Shown: positions 10,359-20,437 of the stretch, piece by piece
Layout of the letters: each line of letters starts with the position of its first letter
Position numbering within the stretch: the first letter of the stretch is position 1
NCBI GenBank assembly: GCA_019057475.1
Contig: DXJO01000014.1
Coordinates: 1-64,000 of the forward strand
Source: Candidatus Thorarchaeota archaeon
Lineage (GTDB): Archaea > Asgardarchaeota > Thorarchaeia > Thorarchaeales > Thorarchaeaceae
Direction: 5' to 3'
Length of the DNA: 64,000 bases
Program-made: the position numbers and the translations under genes
Notes under the pieces: model-generated
What the model was told of the DNA's origin: nothing
Databases searched by the model: none
The model's input: only the letters and a program-made list of their open reading frames with translations

Positions 10359-11396
10359 TTGGATCCGCTCCTATTCACTGTCCTCTTGCTCATTGGGTTT
10401 ATCGTTGCATTCTCCATAGGAAGTAATGATGAGGCTATGGCTCCGGCTGTAGGTGCAAGGGTGTTCTCGGTCACCACTGCTGTTGTGCTAGGAGGGTTCC
10501 TCAGCATCATTGGAGCCGTGTTCTTTGGAGGAGGAGTGTCTGAGAAGGTAGGTTCCGAGCTAGTCAGCGGGAATGAGATGAGCATTGCAATGGTCTTTGC
10601 CATAATGATCTCGATGGCGATATGGCTGCTGCTGGCTTCCGCATCAAAAGGCCTTCCAATAAGCACGACTCAATGCATAGTGGGGGCTGTTATCGGTGTC
10701 GCAATAGTGGCACCATTTCTTGGAATAGAGGGTTGGGGCTTTGCATCCATAGATTGGTTGGTGATACTGCAAATCCTCGGAGGCTGGGTGGTGTCCCCCG
10801 TAGTGGGCTTCGTAATCAGCGCGGCCGTGTTTCGCTTAGTTAGGAAGTTTCAGAGTCGTGCGAAAGGCTTCACAGATCGCGAGAGGCAGGAGAAGGTTGC
10901 ATCCTATGGACTAGCATTTTTCCTCATTATAGTATCATTAAGCAGAGGCGGCAACGACGTGGCCAATGCGGTAGCTCCTCTTGTAGTGCTGCCTGATTTC
11001 CAAGGAACGATAAGTTTCGGACCGTTTGCTATCCCTGGCGTTGTGGTCCCACTTCTCATCGGAGGGATAGGGATGGCGCTTGGTCTAATTGTTGTGGGCC
11101 GCAAAGTCATCAAGACTCTTGCTAACGAGGTCGTGACCCTTACACCTATGTCAGCCTTGTCCGCCAGCGTTTCAGTGGCTCTTGTGATGTTCGTGGGAAC
11201 ATACTTGGGTTTGCCACTCAGTGGCACTCATGTGTTGGTAGCCGCACTGATAGCGGTTGGGTGGGTTTCCCGGGGCCCCATCCATATGAAACAGGTCAAA
11301 GCAATTCTTATTTCTTGGGTGGTCACTGTTCCGATCTCTGCAGTCATTGCTGTGATTGCATTTGTCCTGCTTAATCCGTTCTTCCCGATGTCATAG
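10359..11396 (+). CDS. pit: Inorganic phosphate transporter (PiT)
   Basis: GSND...PISTT and GGNDVANA...PLSGTH signatures. Confidence 0.92.
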   Translation: MDPLLFTVLLLIGFIVAFSIGSNDEAMAPAVGARVFSVTTAVVLGGFLSIIGAVFFGGGVSEKVGSELVSGNEMSIAMVFAIMISMAIWLLLASASKGLPISTTQCIVGAVIGVAIVAPFLGIEGWGFASIDWLVILQILGGWVVSPVVGFVISAAVFRLVRKFQSRAKGFTDRERQEKVASYGLAFFLIIVSLSRGGNDVANAVAPLVVLPDFQGTISFGPFAIPGVVVPLLIGGIGMALGLIVVGRKVIKTLANEVVTLTPMSALSASVSVALVMFVGTYLGLPLSGTHVLVAALIAVGWVSRGPIHMKQVKAILISWVVTVPISAVIAVIAFVLLNPFFPMS

Positions 11397-11413
11397 CATC
11401 CCTTTGTCTGACT

Positions 11414-12157
11414 TCAAGTCCCGATTTTCGGTATTCTATGTATCAGCAGGTGGTTTCTAGCCAAGGATCCTAGCTTTTTCGCTTCGTCTTCTGTGAGATG
11501 AACCTCCAAACCAGCTTCGGCGCTTGTGCCTCCTGTTGCTTCAATCAGGGCCAAGTCAGCTTCCTTTACGACTTCCTCCAGAACGGGGCACATTCTGCTA
11601 TCACCTGTGAACGCGACAACTGTTTCGTCGACACTCATTCTATACCCAAGAGCGGGCATCAAGATATCTTCTCCCGTGGCATTCTCCGATCCAAAGTGTT
11701 CCACTTCCAGCGAACGAACGTGAAAGAAATCAGTGTGGAACTCCGAATCGTGTCCCATCTCTTGGACTCTAATTTGGAATGGAAGGGTGTCACGATAGCT
11801 GTCCTTGAATATTCTTATTGTACTCGATACCTCTTTGCATCCCTTCGGGATTAGTATGTCAAGAGGGGTGGATCGTTTCAACATCCGCAAGAATCCGAGA
11901 AGGGAGTACAGTCCACCCATGTGGTCGAAGTGCCCGTGAGTTATTACAATAAGGTTCAGCTCACTTACAAAATCTAGACTGCCCTGCGAAAGCAGGTCTC
12001 GAAGTGTACCATCACCAACGTCAGCAAGTAGAATCTTGCCACTGAACTTCGATACTATGACGATATTTGTCGCTACACCTGCTGCACTGAAGAGTACGTC
12101 AACTCTGACCTCATCATTCTCCCAAGCCGCTGAATGTGTTTCAGTCAGGTCGTTCAT
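11414..12157 (-). CDS. MBL-fold hydrolase, RNase Z/BN-like
   Basis: DVGDG, THGHFDH, FTGDS, EAT. Confidence 0.8.
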   Translation of the reverse strand: MNDLTETHSAAWENDEVRVDVLFSAAGVATNIVIVSKFSGKILLADVGDGTLRDLLSQGSLDFVSELNLIVITHGHFDHMGGLYSLLGFLRMLKRSTPLDILIPKGCKEVSSTIRIFKDSYRDTLPFQIRVQEMGHDSEFHTDFFHVRSLEVEHFGSENATGEDILMPALGYRMSVDETVVAFTGDSRMCPVLEEVVKEADLALIEATGGTSAEAGLEVHLTEDEAKKLGSLARNHLLIHRIPKIGT

Positions 12158-12222
12158 TGATTTTCACGACGCCTTCCTTCAGACGAACAGTTGAGCTCCT
12201 GTTTGCGGTCTAGTCATAGTCA

Positions 12223-12591
12223 TCATTGATTGTCCGGTTCAAACACTTTCTCAATCTCTCTGTCAAACTCATCATCATCCTCGGGTTCATAGATGATGTG
12301 AGATTTCGACTTCGGTTTCGCAGGAGCATCCCAGTGTGTTCCTGCTCCGAATATGAAGCCGCCTCCAAAAGCGAGGATGCTCAAGATAACCCCAGAGGAT
12401 GAAAACGGGAGAAATGCCGTAAGTGCAAGAACTATGGATAGCCCGCCGATAGTGCTCGATGCAAGACCAAGCAACAACCTATCCGATGATTTGAGGCTCT
12501 TCATACCCCCCACGATGTATCCGAGTCCAACACCCACGAAGAGGGAAGGGACGCCGTAGATCGCCTCTGTATATAATTCGGGTTGCATCAA
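12223..12591 (-). CDS. Hypothetical 3-TM membrane protein with acidic tail
   Basis: Hydrophobic segments; upstream GGTG-like RBS. Confidence 0.65.
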   Translation of the reverse strand: MMQPELYTEAIYGVPSLFVGVGLGYIVGGMKSLKSSDRLLLGLASSTIGGLSIVLALTAFLPFSSSGVILSILAFGGGFIFGAGTHWDAPAKPKSKSHIIYEPEDDDEFDREIEKVFEPDNQ

Positions 12592-12680
12592 GGCTCACAC
12601 CTAGTGATGATGATTCGACCTCAAAGGCTGATAATCCTTGCCATCGAAATGGACGGAGGCGTCTTTGTCCTCTGGCGTCA

Positions 12681-12879
12681 CTACCACTTATCGTAGTGGA
12701 TAACCTCGTCCAACGCTTTTCGTGGCGTTCGTGTCTTCTCTCGTTCCTTATTCTTCTCGTCAAGATGATCCGGACTACCCTCATATCCGATGAAGACCAT
12801 AGCTGCTATCCGGTAGTCATCCGGAATGCCCGTGAGTTCCTTGAGATTGTCCTCCTTCCAACCGGCAGTGGGGTATGCA
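12681..12879 (-). pseudogene. C-terminal remnant of a nitroreductase, truncated at the MITE-like element
   Basis: PTAGW..LTGIPDDY..MVFIGY..R..RKALDEVIHYDKW; upstream sequence is the repeat. Confidence 0.7.
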
Positions 12880-13142
12880 GCAGTTGTCAAGAAGTTGGAC
12901 ATTTTGTAGGGGGTTATAACATACTGCTCAGGATTAAGTGGTGTGAACGTTCAATGCTTATTGCTATGGCCTCCATGCAATTCGGTCGCCGCCAGTTGGA
13001 CGGAGACAGAAAACGCCTGTGGAGAGGACGTAAGACTAGTTGCAGATTCAGTAGGATCTGCAGAGCAGACCTCAATGAATCAGGAACCGAACATCAGTCA
13101 AGGACCTTGATGTCCATGATTGTGCAAGTTTCGGGCAACGGT
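12880..13142. mobile_element. ~260-bp MITE-like element with imperfect terminal inverted repeats
   Basis: Left end gcagttgtcaagaagttggaca vs reverse complement of right end accgttgcccgaaacttgcaca; second copy at 1-227; no transposase. Confidence 0.6.
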
Positions 13143-13206
13143 GTCCCATTAGTCCAAGATAGACAATCTGAAGCAATGCGTTGGATGCCCGAAGCACTCC
13201 AGGAGG

Positions 13207-13374
13207 CTATGTAACTACGTCCATAATTTCGTCACAGTGCTTCGGGATTGGTTCACTGCCGCACCCTGTACCCATCCAGCATACTAAGTCTTTGCCTTCT
13301 TGGTGCATTTCTTGTCCGCAGTGCACAGGGACTGCGGATTCGTGTCCACATTTCTTGCAAACTAGCTTTGCCAT
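13207..13374 (-). CDS. 55-aa metal-binding protein with duplicated desulforedoxin-like motifs (below ORF-track cutoff)
   Basis: Manual translation: MAKLVCKKCGHESAVPVHCGQEMHQEGKDLVCWMGTGCGSEPIPKHCDEIMDVVT. Confidence 0.8.
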   Translation of the reverse strand: MAKLVCKKCGHESAVPVHCGQEMHQEGKDLVCWMGTGCGSEPIPKHCDEIMDVVT

Positions 13375-13457
13375 ATCGAAAACCTCAACGGAAAATCTGT
13401 CTTAACTATGGTGAAGCGCGCTTAAGAATCTGTGCGTCTAGGACACAAGTCGAAGTT

Positions 13458-14723
13458 TCAGCTCTTATCCGGATAGTACTTCTTTGGGTCCTCAGTGTAC
13501 ACTTTCTCAGTCGTCTTGTGTGCCCCCGGAGTATCCAGCTCAACATCACGCTTCAGTGAACGGTCTTCTGAGAGAATCTCCTTGAAGACTTCGTTCTGGA
13601 CAATAAGCCGCTGAACCTCATTACTGCCGGTCCAAATCGTCGCAAGGCGAGCATCACGGAATAGGTGCTCGATTGGGTATACGTCTGTGTAGCCGATGCC
13701 TCCAAGAATCTGCATTGCCTCGCTCACGGCTTGGAAGCCCGCTTCGGTACAGAATGTCTTTGCCTGAGAAACCTCCTTGCGGCACCACTCGCCTGTATCA
13801 GCAACCTTTGCGGCGAGGTAAATTAGACCACGCGCTGCATCAAGTTCAGTAGCACAATCAGCCACCTTGAAGCTGATTCCCTCGAATCGCCGAATCGCTC
13901 GGCCAAAAGCCTCTCTCTTATGAGCATACCTGACAGCTATCTCCAACGCTGCCACGCCCATCCCAACTGCACCGCTTGCAGAGGTTAGACGTTCTGGCAC
14001 CATCATGGCATTGAATACATCATTCCCACCGTTCAGTTTTCCGAGAAGGTTGGCTTCTGGAATCTCGAGGTTTTCCATGACTATTCTTGCTGCACCCATG
14101 CCACGGCAACCCATGAGCTCATACTCTTCTTCCACTCTGACTCCATCATCACGATCGACCAGGAATGCGCTGAGGGACTCATGCGGTTTGGCTTCAAAGC
14201 TGGTCTTAGCATAAATCAAGAAGTAGTCTGCACCTACGCCCCCTGCTACAAAGCGCTTCTCGCCATTCAGTATAAATGTGTCATTTTCTTTTACTGCAGT
14301 AGTTATCGTTCCAAAGAAGTCCGAACCACTTCTGGGCTCTGTGAGTCCTTCGCCTCCGATTTTCGTCCCCTGAAGAGTTGGAAGAAGATAATTTACCTTC
14401 TGTTCCTCTGTGCCAAATTTTTCTATTCCCTCTCCGATGATGCTAGGCAGTGAATATGCACAACCGAGCGCAATCCCAAGCACACCTACCTCTTCAACAG
14501 CCAGCATTTCGGAAACCCAACCCAGACCTCGGCCGCCATACTTTTTAGGAAATCTGAGCCCAAGAAGATTCTCCTTTCCAGCTGCCTTTACAAATTCAGA
14601 GGGGTACTCTTTCTCCTTGCTGTCCATTTTGAGGATGAGTGCGCGATCGACCTTATCGCGAACAAAGGCTCGCACTTCGTCACGGATCTTCTTCTCTTCC
14701 TCGCTGAGCAGAACATCAAACAA
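13458..14723 (-). CDS. Acyl-CoA dehydrogenase
   Basis: LTEPRSGSD, LNGEKRF, REAFG, QILGGIGY, IWTGSNEVQ. Confidence 0.95.
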   Translation of the reverse strand: MFDVLLSEEEKKIRDEVRAFVRDKVDRALILKMDSKEKEYPSEFVKAAGKENLLGLRFPKKYGGRGLGWVSEMLAVEEVGVLGIALGCAYSLPSIIGEGIEKFGTEEQKVNYLLPTLQGTKIGGEGLTEPRSGSDFFGTITTAVKENDTFILNGEKRFVAGGVGADYFLIYAKTSFEAKPHESLSAFLVDRDDGVRVEEEYELMGCRGMGAARIVMENLEIPEANLLGKLNGGNDVFNAMMVPERLTSASGAVGMGVAALEIAVRYAHKREAFGRAIRRFEGISFKVADCATELDAARGLIYLAAKVADTGEWCRKEVSQAKTFCTEAGFQAVSEAMQILGGIGYTDVYPIEHLFRDARLATIWTGSNEVQRLIVQNEVFKEILSEDRSLKRDVELDTPGAHKTTEKVYTEDPKKYYPDKS

Positions 14724-14803
14724 TAGTCAAACCTCGCAGGTAGTAGACTTATGCACCATACCATAAGAGTATGCTGCTGACAAGAATCGAGGAGTTGACA
14801 ACA

Positions 14804-15211
14804 TCACTCAAGCAACGACTTCAGAGTGTCCTCGGAACCTCCCGCTTTTGTGATGCTGATGGCATCTGTCGGACAGACCATCTCACAGACCAGGCATAGT
14901 ATACACTCGCTTTCGCGCACGGGATCTACCACATTGCGACCAGTGCTGTCAACCCACGCAATGAATACATCTGTTGGACATGCTGTGATACACTTCATGC
15001 ATCCAACGCACGACTCCATGTGTACTCCAACTGTTGTGCCATGAATCACTCCATCTCCACGACGGTGTGTGGTCCATACAGCGTGTCCATTGTGCTCTTC
15101 GGTGACTTTCCAAGAAACACGGTAGTCCTTTTCGATAGGCACAAGAGCCGGGATGAAGCGCATCCTTATAGAGAATCCGACACCTCGAATAAGTCGCCTG
15201 ATCCAACTCAC
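14804..15211 (-). CDS. Dicluster ferredoxin, zinc-containing (Zfx-like) type; start uncertain
   Basis: EHNGH..IHGTTVGV; CVGCMKCITACP and CILCLVCEMVCP. Confidence 0.82.
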   Translation of the reverse strand: MSWIRRLIRGVGFSIRMRFIPALVPIEKDYRVSWKVTEEHNGHAVWTTHRRGDGVIHGTTVGVHMESCVGCMKCITACPTDVFIAWVDSTGRNVVDPVRESECILCLVCEMVCPTDAISITKAGGSEDTLKSLLE

Positions 15212-15654
15212 TCGAAATCGGCTAGTCGGCTCTCGCCCTCAATCTTCTGAAGTGGGGTTAGGTTCAATGAGGCTTCTAGCGTTCCTAGGTACTTGCCCTC
15301 GCTGTCACGCATGGCGAAGTATCTTATGAGTATCTTTCGTGTGGTTTCTCCATCTGGCAGGTCTATCCAGAAGGCGACTTCGTCGCCCTTGCCACTCTTC
15401 AAGTACTTGACAACTTTCTCCACCTTGTCAAGGCTGCCTTTTGGATGACAAATGCGTACGTTTCTGCCTATAACACCTGGTCCTCGCTTGAATATGCGAG
15501 TGCCATGCTGATTCCAAAAGAGAACATTGTCATCTGCGTCGACTACTGAGAACTCAATCGGTAGCGTGTCAAGCATTACCGATAGGACCTCGGGGGACAT
15601 AGCCTTCAAGGCATTCATGAGAGGTTCAATGGTCATTTCCAATACAGTCTCCAT
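15208..15654 (-). CDS. Stand-alone PAS domain protein
   Basis: LDTLPIEFSVVD...IGRNVRICHP...IRYFAMRDSEGKYLG. Confidence 0.85.
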   Translation of the reverse strand: METVLEMTIEPLMNALKAMSPEVLSVMLDTLPIEFSVVDADDNVLFWNQHGTRIFKRGPGVIGRNVRICHPKGSLDKVEKVVKYLKSGKGDEVAFWIDLPDGETTRKILIRYFAMRDSEGKYLGTLEASLNLTPLQKIEGESRLADFE

Positions 15655-15880
15655 TCTTCATTATGTATAAGGCAAATCGCCTCAATAATGAGTGCGAGGG
15701 CGGTTACTCTCAGCCTTAAGGTTTTCCACTTGGTACCATAGAGCCTAGTGGCTTCGGAGTATAGGAATGGCGATAACAACAACGACTAATCCCACGATAA
15801 GTCATAGTGCTAGACTATTCGGAAACACAGTAATTGCGACGTCATCCCCATAGCTTGAAATTCCCAAGAGTCCTCGAAGT

Positions 15881-16459
15881 ATGGTGGCATCAATGAAGAA
15901 GGAAAGAGTCCCGCCAGGCCAGCGCGTCACGAAGAAATTCCCGATTCTCCACGTCGAGCGGCCAATGGAGTTCAATCCCGAAACTTGGCAGTTCAAGGTC
16001 ACAGGGGAGATAGACAACCCGCTGGAATTGACCTGGGAGGAGTTCCTAGCACTTCCTTCGCACAAGATCACAACTGATTTCCATTGTGTCACCGGATGGA
16101 GCCGACTGGATAACGAATGGGAAGGTGTGCTTGGCAAGACCATTCATGAGCTTGCAGAAGTCAGAGAGTATGCAAAGCATGTCGTTATGATTGCGCACTC
16201 TGGTTACACGAGTAACACAGCAATTGAGGCATTTCTAGCAGATGACAGCATTCTCGCTTACAGATGGAATGGTGAGGAATTGGAACAGCAGCATGGAGGA
16301 CCACTCAGGTCGGTTATTAGCTCTATCTATGCGTACAAGAGCGTTAAATGGCTCATCGGTCTGAAGTTCGTAGAGAAAGACGAACCGGGTTTCTGGGAGA
16401 TCAGAGGATATCATAACAAGGCAGACCCTTGGAAGGAAGAGCGACACACCAACGATTAG
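15881..16459 (+). CDS. Sulfite oxidase-like molybdopterin oxidoreductase (YuiH-like)
   Basis: PPGQ, DFHCVTGWS, HGGPLR, KSVKW, GFWE.RGY. Confidence 0.92.
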   Translation: MVASMKKERVPPGQRVTKKFPILHVERPMEFNPETWQFKVTGEIDNPLELTWEEFLALPSHKITTDFHCVTGWSRLDNEWEGVLGKTIHELAEVREYAKHVVMIAHSGYTSNTAIEAFLADDSILAYRWNGEELEQQHGGPLRSVISSIYAYKSVKWLIGLKFVEKDEPGFWEIRGYHNKADPWKEERHTND

Positions 16460-16647
16460 TAGAAGCGCTCAGATGGGCACACTACGTGTCAAGACCGGAC
16501 TCTTGAAGCTGACTATCAAGAACTCTATTCAAGTTCTCGGCAGCTGTTGCTAACCCTTAAGTGGTAGGATTCACTATACTTGAAGGACCGGTCAGTGAGC
16601 GTGGATTCCGATTTGCCGCGTTGCACGCTTAAGAGAGGCGTCTGGAA

Positions 16648-17136
16648 ATGGACGAGGTTATCATCCAATACATGACTGCAACAGGTCTGCACAAGTACGA
16701 GAGCTTTGACATCAACTCCAAGGACATCTTCCTTGATTTGCGCGACATTGCAGTGATAGACCTCACGCCACTCATCTGGTGTTTGAAGCTTGAGGAGCTA
16801 AACCTCCGAAACAACAAGATTCAAAGTATCGATCTAAGCCCTCTCAGGAAATGCCTTGGTCTTCAGGCCCTCCGGCTGGACCGAAACCTCCTTTTCGAGT
16901 TGGACCTGTCCCCCCTGAATCATTGCATCGATTTCGAGGAAATATACCTCACCCGTAATCTGTTCAAGCAGGTTGACATCTCGCCATTGTTCTTCTGTCC
17001 AAGGCTCAAGGTCTTGGAGCTTGAAACCTCAGTTGTACTCAACGCAGACATCCAACTCAGGTCCAATGGAACCTGGCCGAAGGTACTGCTGGACAAATTC
17101 CATAGAATCGATTGGCAGGTCGATGAAGCATCCTAG
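16648..17136 (+). CDS. Leucine-rich repeat protein
   Basis: 22-aa repeats LxxLxLxxNxI..IDLSPL. Confidence 0.85.
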   Translation: MDEVIIQYMTATGLHKYESFDINSKDIFLDLRDIAVIDLTPLIWCLKLEELNLRNNKIQSIDLSPLRKCLGLQALRLDRNLLFELDLSPLNHCIDFEEIYLTRNLFKQVDISPLFFCPRLKVLELETSVVLNADIQLRSNGTWPKVLLDKFHRIDWQVDEAS

Positions 17137-17267
17137 AAACACAGCAGTCTATCACAGGAGTCTTCTGTTTTTCACATTAGCGTATCTTTGGTAAGATTTA
17201 TAGGTATTATAGATATATGTCGCTTTGCTATACATCCAGATACTACATGCTGGAGGTTACTTACAAA

Positions 17268-17758
17268 TGGCAGAACTAATACTACTGGGATTGGTAAGCT
17301 TCCTGCACGACCTTTTCACCGTGATGTGGATTGGCGGAATGCTTGTCCTCGGGTTTGTTGTATTACCGACCATAAAGAAGACACTAGGATCAGGTCCTGA
17401 AACAAAGAAACTGATTGAGGCCATCAGAAAGCGGCTAAGCATGCTATCATACCTATCAATGATTGGTCTGTTAGTAACAGGCATATTGCTCAGCAGAATC
17501 TCTCCCCTGTACTTGGGACCCCTTAGCTTTGGCAATGAGTTCTCGACTTGGCTGGCCATCAAGCATCTCATGATTGCTCTGATGGTAACTATCTCGATCG
17601 TTAGAAGCATGGTAATTCCTAAGAGGGCTATGCCTGAACCCAAGAAAATGAAGCTGAACGCATCACTGCTGATGCTGAACATCGTTCTTGGGATTGGAGT
17701 TCTATTGCTGAGCGGATTCATCGCTGCTGCTAATGTAGTGTTCTTGAGTACGCCTTGA
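17268..17758 (+). CDS. CopD/DUF4149-like membrane protein
   Basis: FLHDL...WIGG, LLVTG, L.IKH. Confidence 0.75.
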
Positions 17759-17815
17759 AGGAAACTACGATGAGCGGATGCTCCAGACGCAAGAGGGACA
17801 GAATCAAATGGTGCT

Positions 17816-18214
17816 TTGAGGAGCCCCATTACTGAGGAGAATAACGCATTGTCCAGCGATAACTCCCACCGCCCACTGGAGCCTCTGCCTATTGTCAGAG
17901 CACTCTTTCTCACCTTTATTCAGGCTCACCCACAATCGACAGGATACAGTCTGATGAAGGTCATATCGGGTTTCACTGAAGGCAGAGTGGAGCTGAAATC
18001 AGGCACGGTCTATACGGAGTTGCGTCGCCTGGAGAAACAGGGTTTTGTAAAGTCAATACAAGAAGAAGCGGGAAGGAAGCGTCGAGGCTACGAAATAACG
18101 CAAGCAGGAGAGATGGAGCTGCTACAGCTTGCTCATCAAATGCGGTTCAGGATTAATCGTGTTCTGAACCCGTTGCTTGCTCTTATGGAGCCGCTCAATG
18201 GCAAATCGCCCTGA
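17816..18214 (+). CDS. PadR-family regulator
   Basis: TGYSL...GTVYTELRRLEKQG...YEITQAG. Confidence 0.88.
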   Translation: MRSPITEENNALSSDNSHRPLEPLPIVRALFLTFIQAHPQSTGYSLMKVISGFTEGRVELKSGTVYTELRRLEKQGFVKSIQEEAGRKRRGYEITQAGEMELLQLAHQMRFRINRVLNPLLALMEPLNGKSP

Positions 18215-18229
18215 TGGAGGAGGAATGAC

Positions 18230-19048
18230 ATGGATTTCGGCCTGAAGGACACACATGTTTTGATAACTGGAGCTTCTGGCGGCATCGGTCTTGAATTGGT
18301 GCGGGCTTTTTTGATAGAAGATGCGAAAGTCACTGCCACCTACAATCATTCACGAGATGAGCTTGAGAGGATTCAGGAGAACTGGCAGAAGCAGCTTGCA
18401 GTTGTCAAGGTTGATGTGCGAGAAGAGCTAGAAGTGATATCGCTTTTCGAACAATCTCAGAATACGTTCGGACGAGTCGACATTATGGTGGCGAATGCAG
18501 GGATAGCCAACCACGTGGCGGCTCCCATCCACGAGATGAGCCTGAAACAGTGGCAGAACACAATGGCGGTCAACCTCACAGGCGTATTTCTTTGTTCGAA
18601 ATACTTCGTTGAGAACCTAGCCAATCATCAGGGGGATCACGCGTCACTCATTCTGATTGGCTCAACAGCAGGATTGTTTGGAGAAGCAGGGTTCGCAGAT
18701 TACGCTACATCAAAGGCGGCCCTACATGGACTCATGATGAGCATCAAGAACGAGATAGTGAATGTCGCAAAGAAGGGGAGGGTCAATCTGGTGAATCCCG
18801 GTTGGACTCTGACACCCATGTCTGAAGAGGTTCTCGCTGACAGCGAGAGGGCGACCCGAATCTTGCAGACGATACCATTGCGAAAGACTGCAGTACCTGA
18901 GGACATTGCAGGTGCTATTCTTTATCTTGCTTCGAACAAGCTATCTGGTCACATTAGTGGGCAGACGCTCACCGTTGCGGGAGGAATGGAAGGACGTGTG
19001 CTTTACTCGCACGAGGATTTAGAATCAGACGTTGATGAGATGACATAG
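18230..19048 (+). CDS. SDR oxidoreductase
   Basis: TGASGGIG, NAG, YATSK. Confidence 0.92.
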   Translation: MDFGLKDTHVLITGASGGIGLELVRAFLIEDAKVTATYNHSRDELERIQENWQKQLAVVKVDVREELEVISLFEQSQNTFGRVDIMVANAGIANHVAAPIHEMSLKQWQNTMAVNLTGVFLCSKYFVENLANHQGDHASLILIGSTAGLFGEAGFADYATSKAALHGLMMSIKNEIVNVAKKGRVNLVNPGWTLTPMSEEVLADSERATRILQTIPLRKTAVPEDIAGAILYLASNKLSGHISGQTLTVAGGMEGRVLYSHEDLESDVDEMT

Positions 19049-19050
19049 CG

Positions 19051-19812
19051 ATGAGTTCGTTTGACAGCCTTAGTCTTGTATACGACCGGTCCATCAACTG
19101 GGATGCAAGACTTGGAAGTGAATTGCCTTTCATTTTGGATGCACTCTCAGAATCAGGCGGCAATAGAGTTCTGGATATGGCTTGCGGGAGTGGAAGACAC
19201 TCTGTCGCACTGGCTCTCGAGGGCGCAGATGTCGTTGGTTTTGATAGTAGTACAGCCATGATTCAGGCCGCCAAGGAACTCGCAGCTGAAAACGGAGTGG
19301 CAACAAGATTCATGGTTGCAGACATGACGAATCTGGAAGCCGTCCTGAAGGAAAAGTTTGACCTCATCGTCTGCCTCGGGAACTCTCTGGCTCTAGTGCC
19401 CTCGCTGCTAGAAGCAAAGAAACTTCTCTCAGCAGTGCACTCCCTGTTGAACTCCAAAGGTGTTTTTGTAGCCCAAGTCCTCAACTTTGAGCAAATCAAG
19501 AAAACCAAGTCTAGGTTCTTTCAGCCGAAAGGAGGGGTTACTAGTAAGGGGGACCTAGTTATCTTTGCCCGGTTCTTCAGTCACCTTGAGCCCGAGGAAT
19601 CAACCACTCTCGTATTAACCTCATTTGTCAAGAGTTCTGAGGGGTGGTCAACCATAATATCCTCGCAGAGCGTCCTTCAGCTCGATCAAGAAGCCCTTAC
19701 CCAAGCCGTACGTGCAGCGGGTTTTGGTCAGTTTGAGGTGTACTCTGACTACGGCGGCAATCCGTTTGCAAGTACAGAACACAGAAACCTCGTTATCAAG
19801 GCACGAAAGTAG
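19051..19812 (+). CDS. Class I SAM methyltransferase
   Basis: VLDMACGSG, FDLIVCLGNS. Confidence 0.9.
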   Translation: MSSFDSLSLVYDRSINWDARLGSELPFILDALSESGGNRVLDMACGSGRHSVALALEGADVVGFDSSTAMIQAAKELAAENGVATRFMVADMTNLEAVLKEKFDLIVCLGNSLALVPSLLEAKKLLSAVHSLLNSKGVFVAQVLNFEQIKKTKSRFFQPKGGVTSKGDLVIFARFFSHLEPEESTTLVLTSFVKSSEGWSTIISSQSVLQLDQEALTQAVRAAGFGQFEVYSDYGGNPFASTEHRNLVIKARK

Positions 19813-19869
19813 GTTTTCACGGAAACGGCAGTTCTTCTCTTTGGAAAAATGGGACCGAACCCGTCGACT

Positions 19870-20163
19870 TCAATGGCGATACGCGAATCCCGCAGGAGCA
19901 GATCTCATGCTACCATCCATGCCGTATTTTCGGAGGAGGTTTCTGGCCATCTCCCGGTTAGCTAGGTAGAGAGGCTGTCGCATATCGCTGAGGTTGGGAA
20001 CCTTGCGGCAAAGTCTCCAGCCCAGGAGTCTACGTAGGGCAAAACTAACTGTTCGAGGTGCGAGTTTTGTCTTCTCGCTGATGTCCTTGGGGCTCATGGG
20101 GCCACCGACAGTCAAACCCTTTAGCACTATAAGCGCACTTTTTGGAAGATTAGACGACATCAT
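19870..20163 (-). CDS. Small winged-HTH regulator
   Basis: LPKSA..VL..L...SPKDI..TKLAPRTVSFAL..L; DMRQ..Y. Confidence 0.8.
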   Translation of the reverse strand: MMSSNLPKSALIVLKGLTVGGPMSPKDISEKTKLAPRTVSFALRRLLGWRLCRKVPNLSDMRQPLYLANREMARNLLRKYGMDGSMRSAPAGFAYRH

Positions 20164-20437
20164 TCTTTTTACCAATCTTGCTTAGCATTTGTGCCCAGTG
20201 CCATTAATCTGAAAGGCATTAACCTTGCATTGGGAATGATTTTCCAATAAGATATGCTTTTTGTTGAACGTAACGACATTCGCCTATCATTTGTTCGACT
20301 CAGCTGAAAGTTTTCCTGAAAGTCAATCCAATTGCCAATCAACGCCGTTTGAGATAAAGTGGCGGCCGGGACCGGTGACTGCCAGCCCCGACCTGTGGTT
20401 GCCTCTAGAGAAAGGCACGTCAGTTTGCAGTTCCCTC

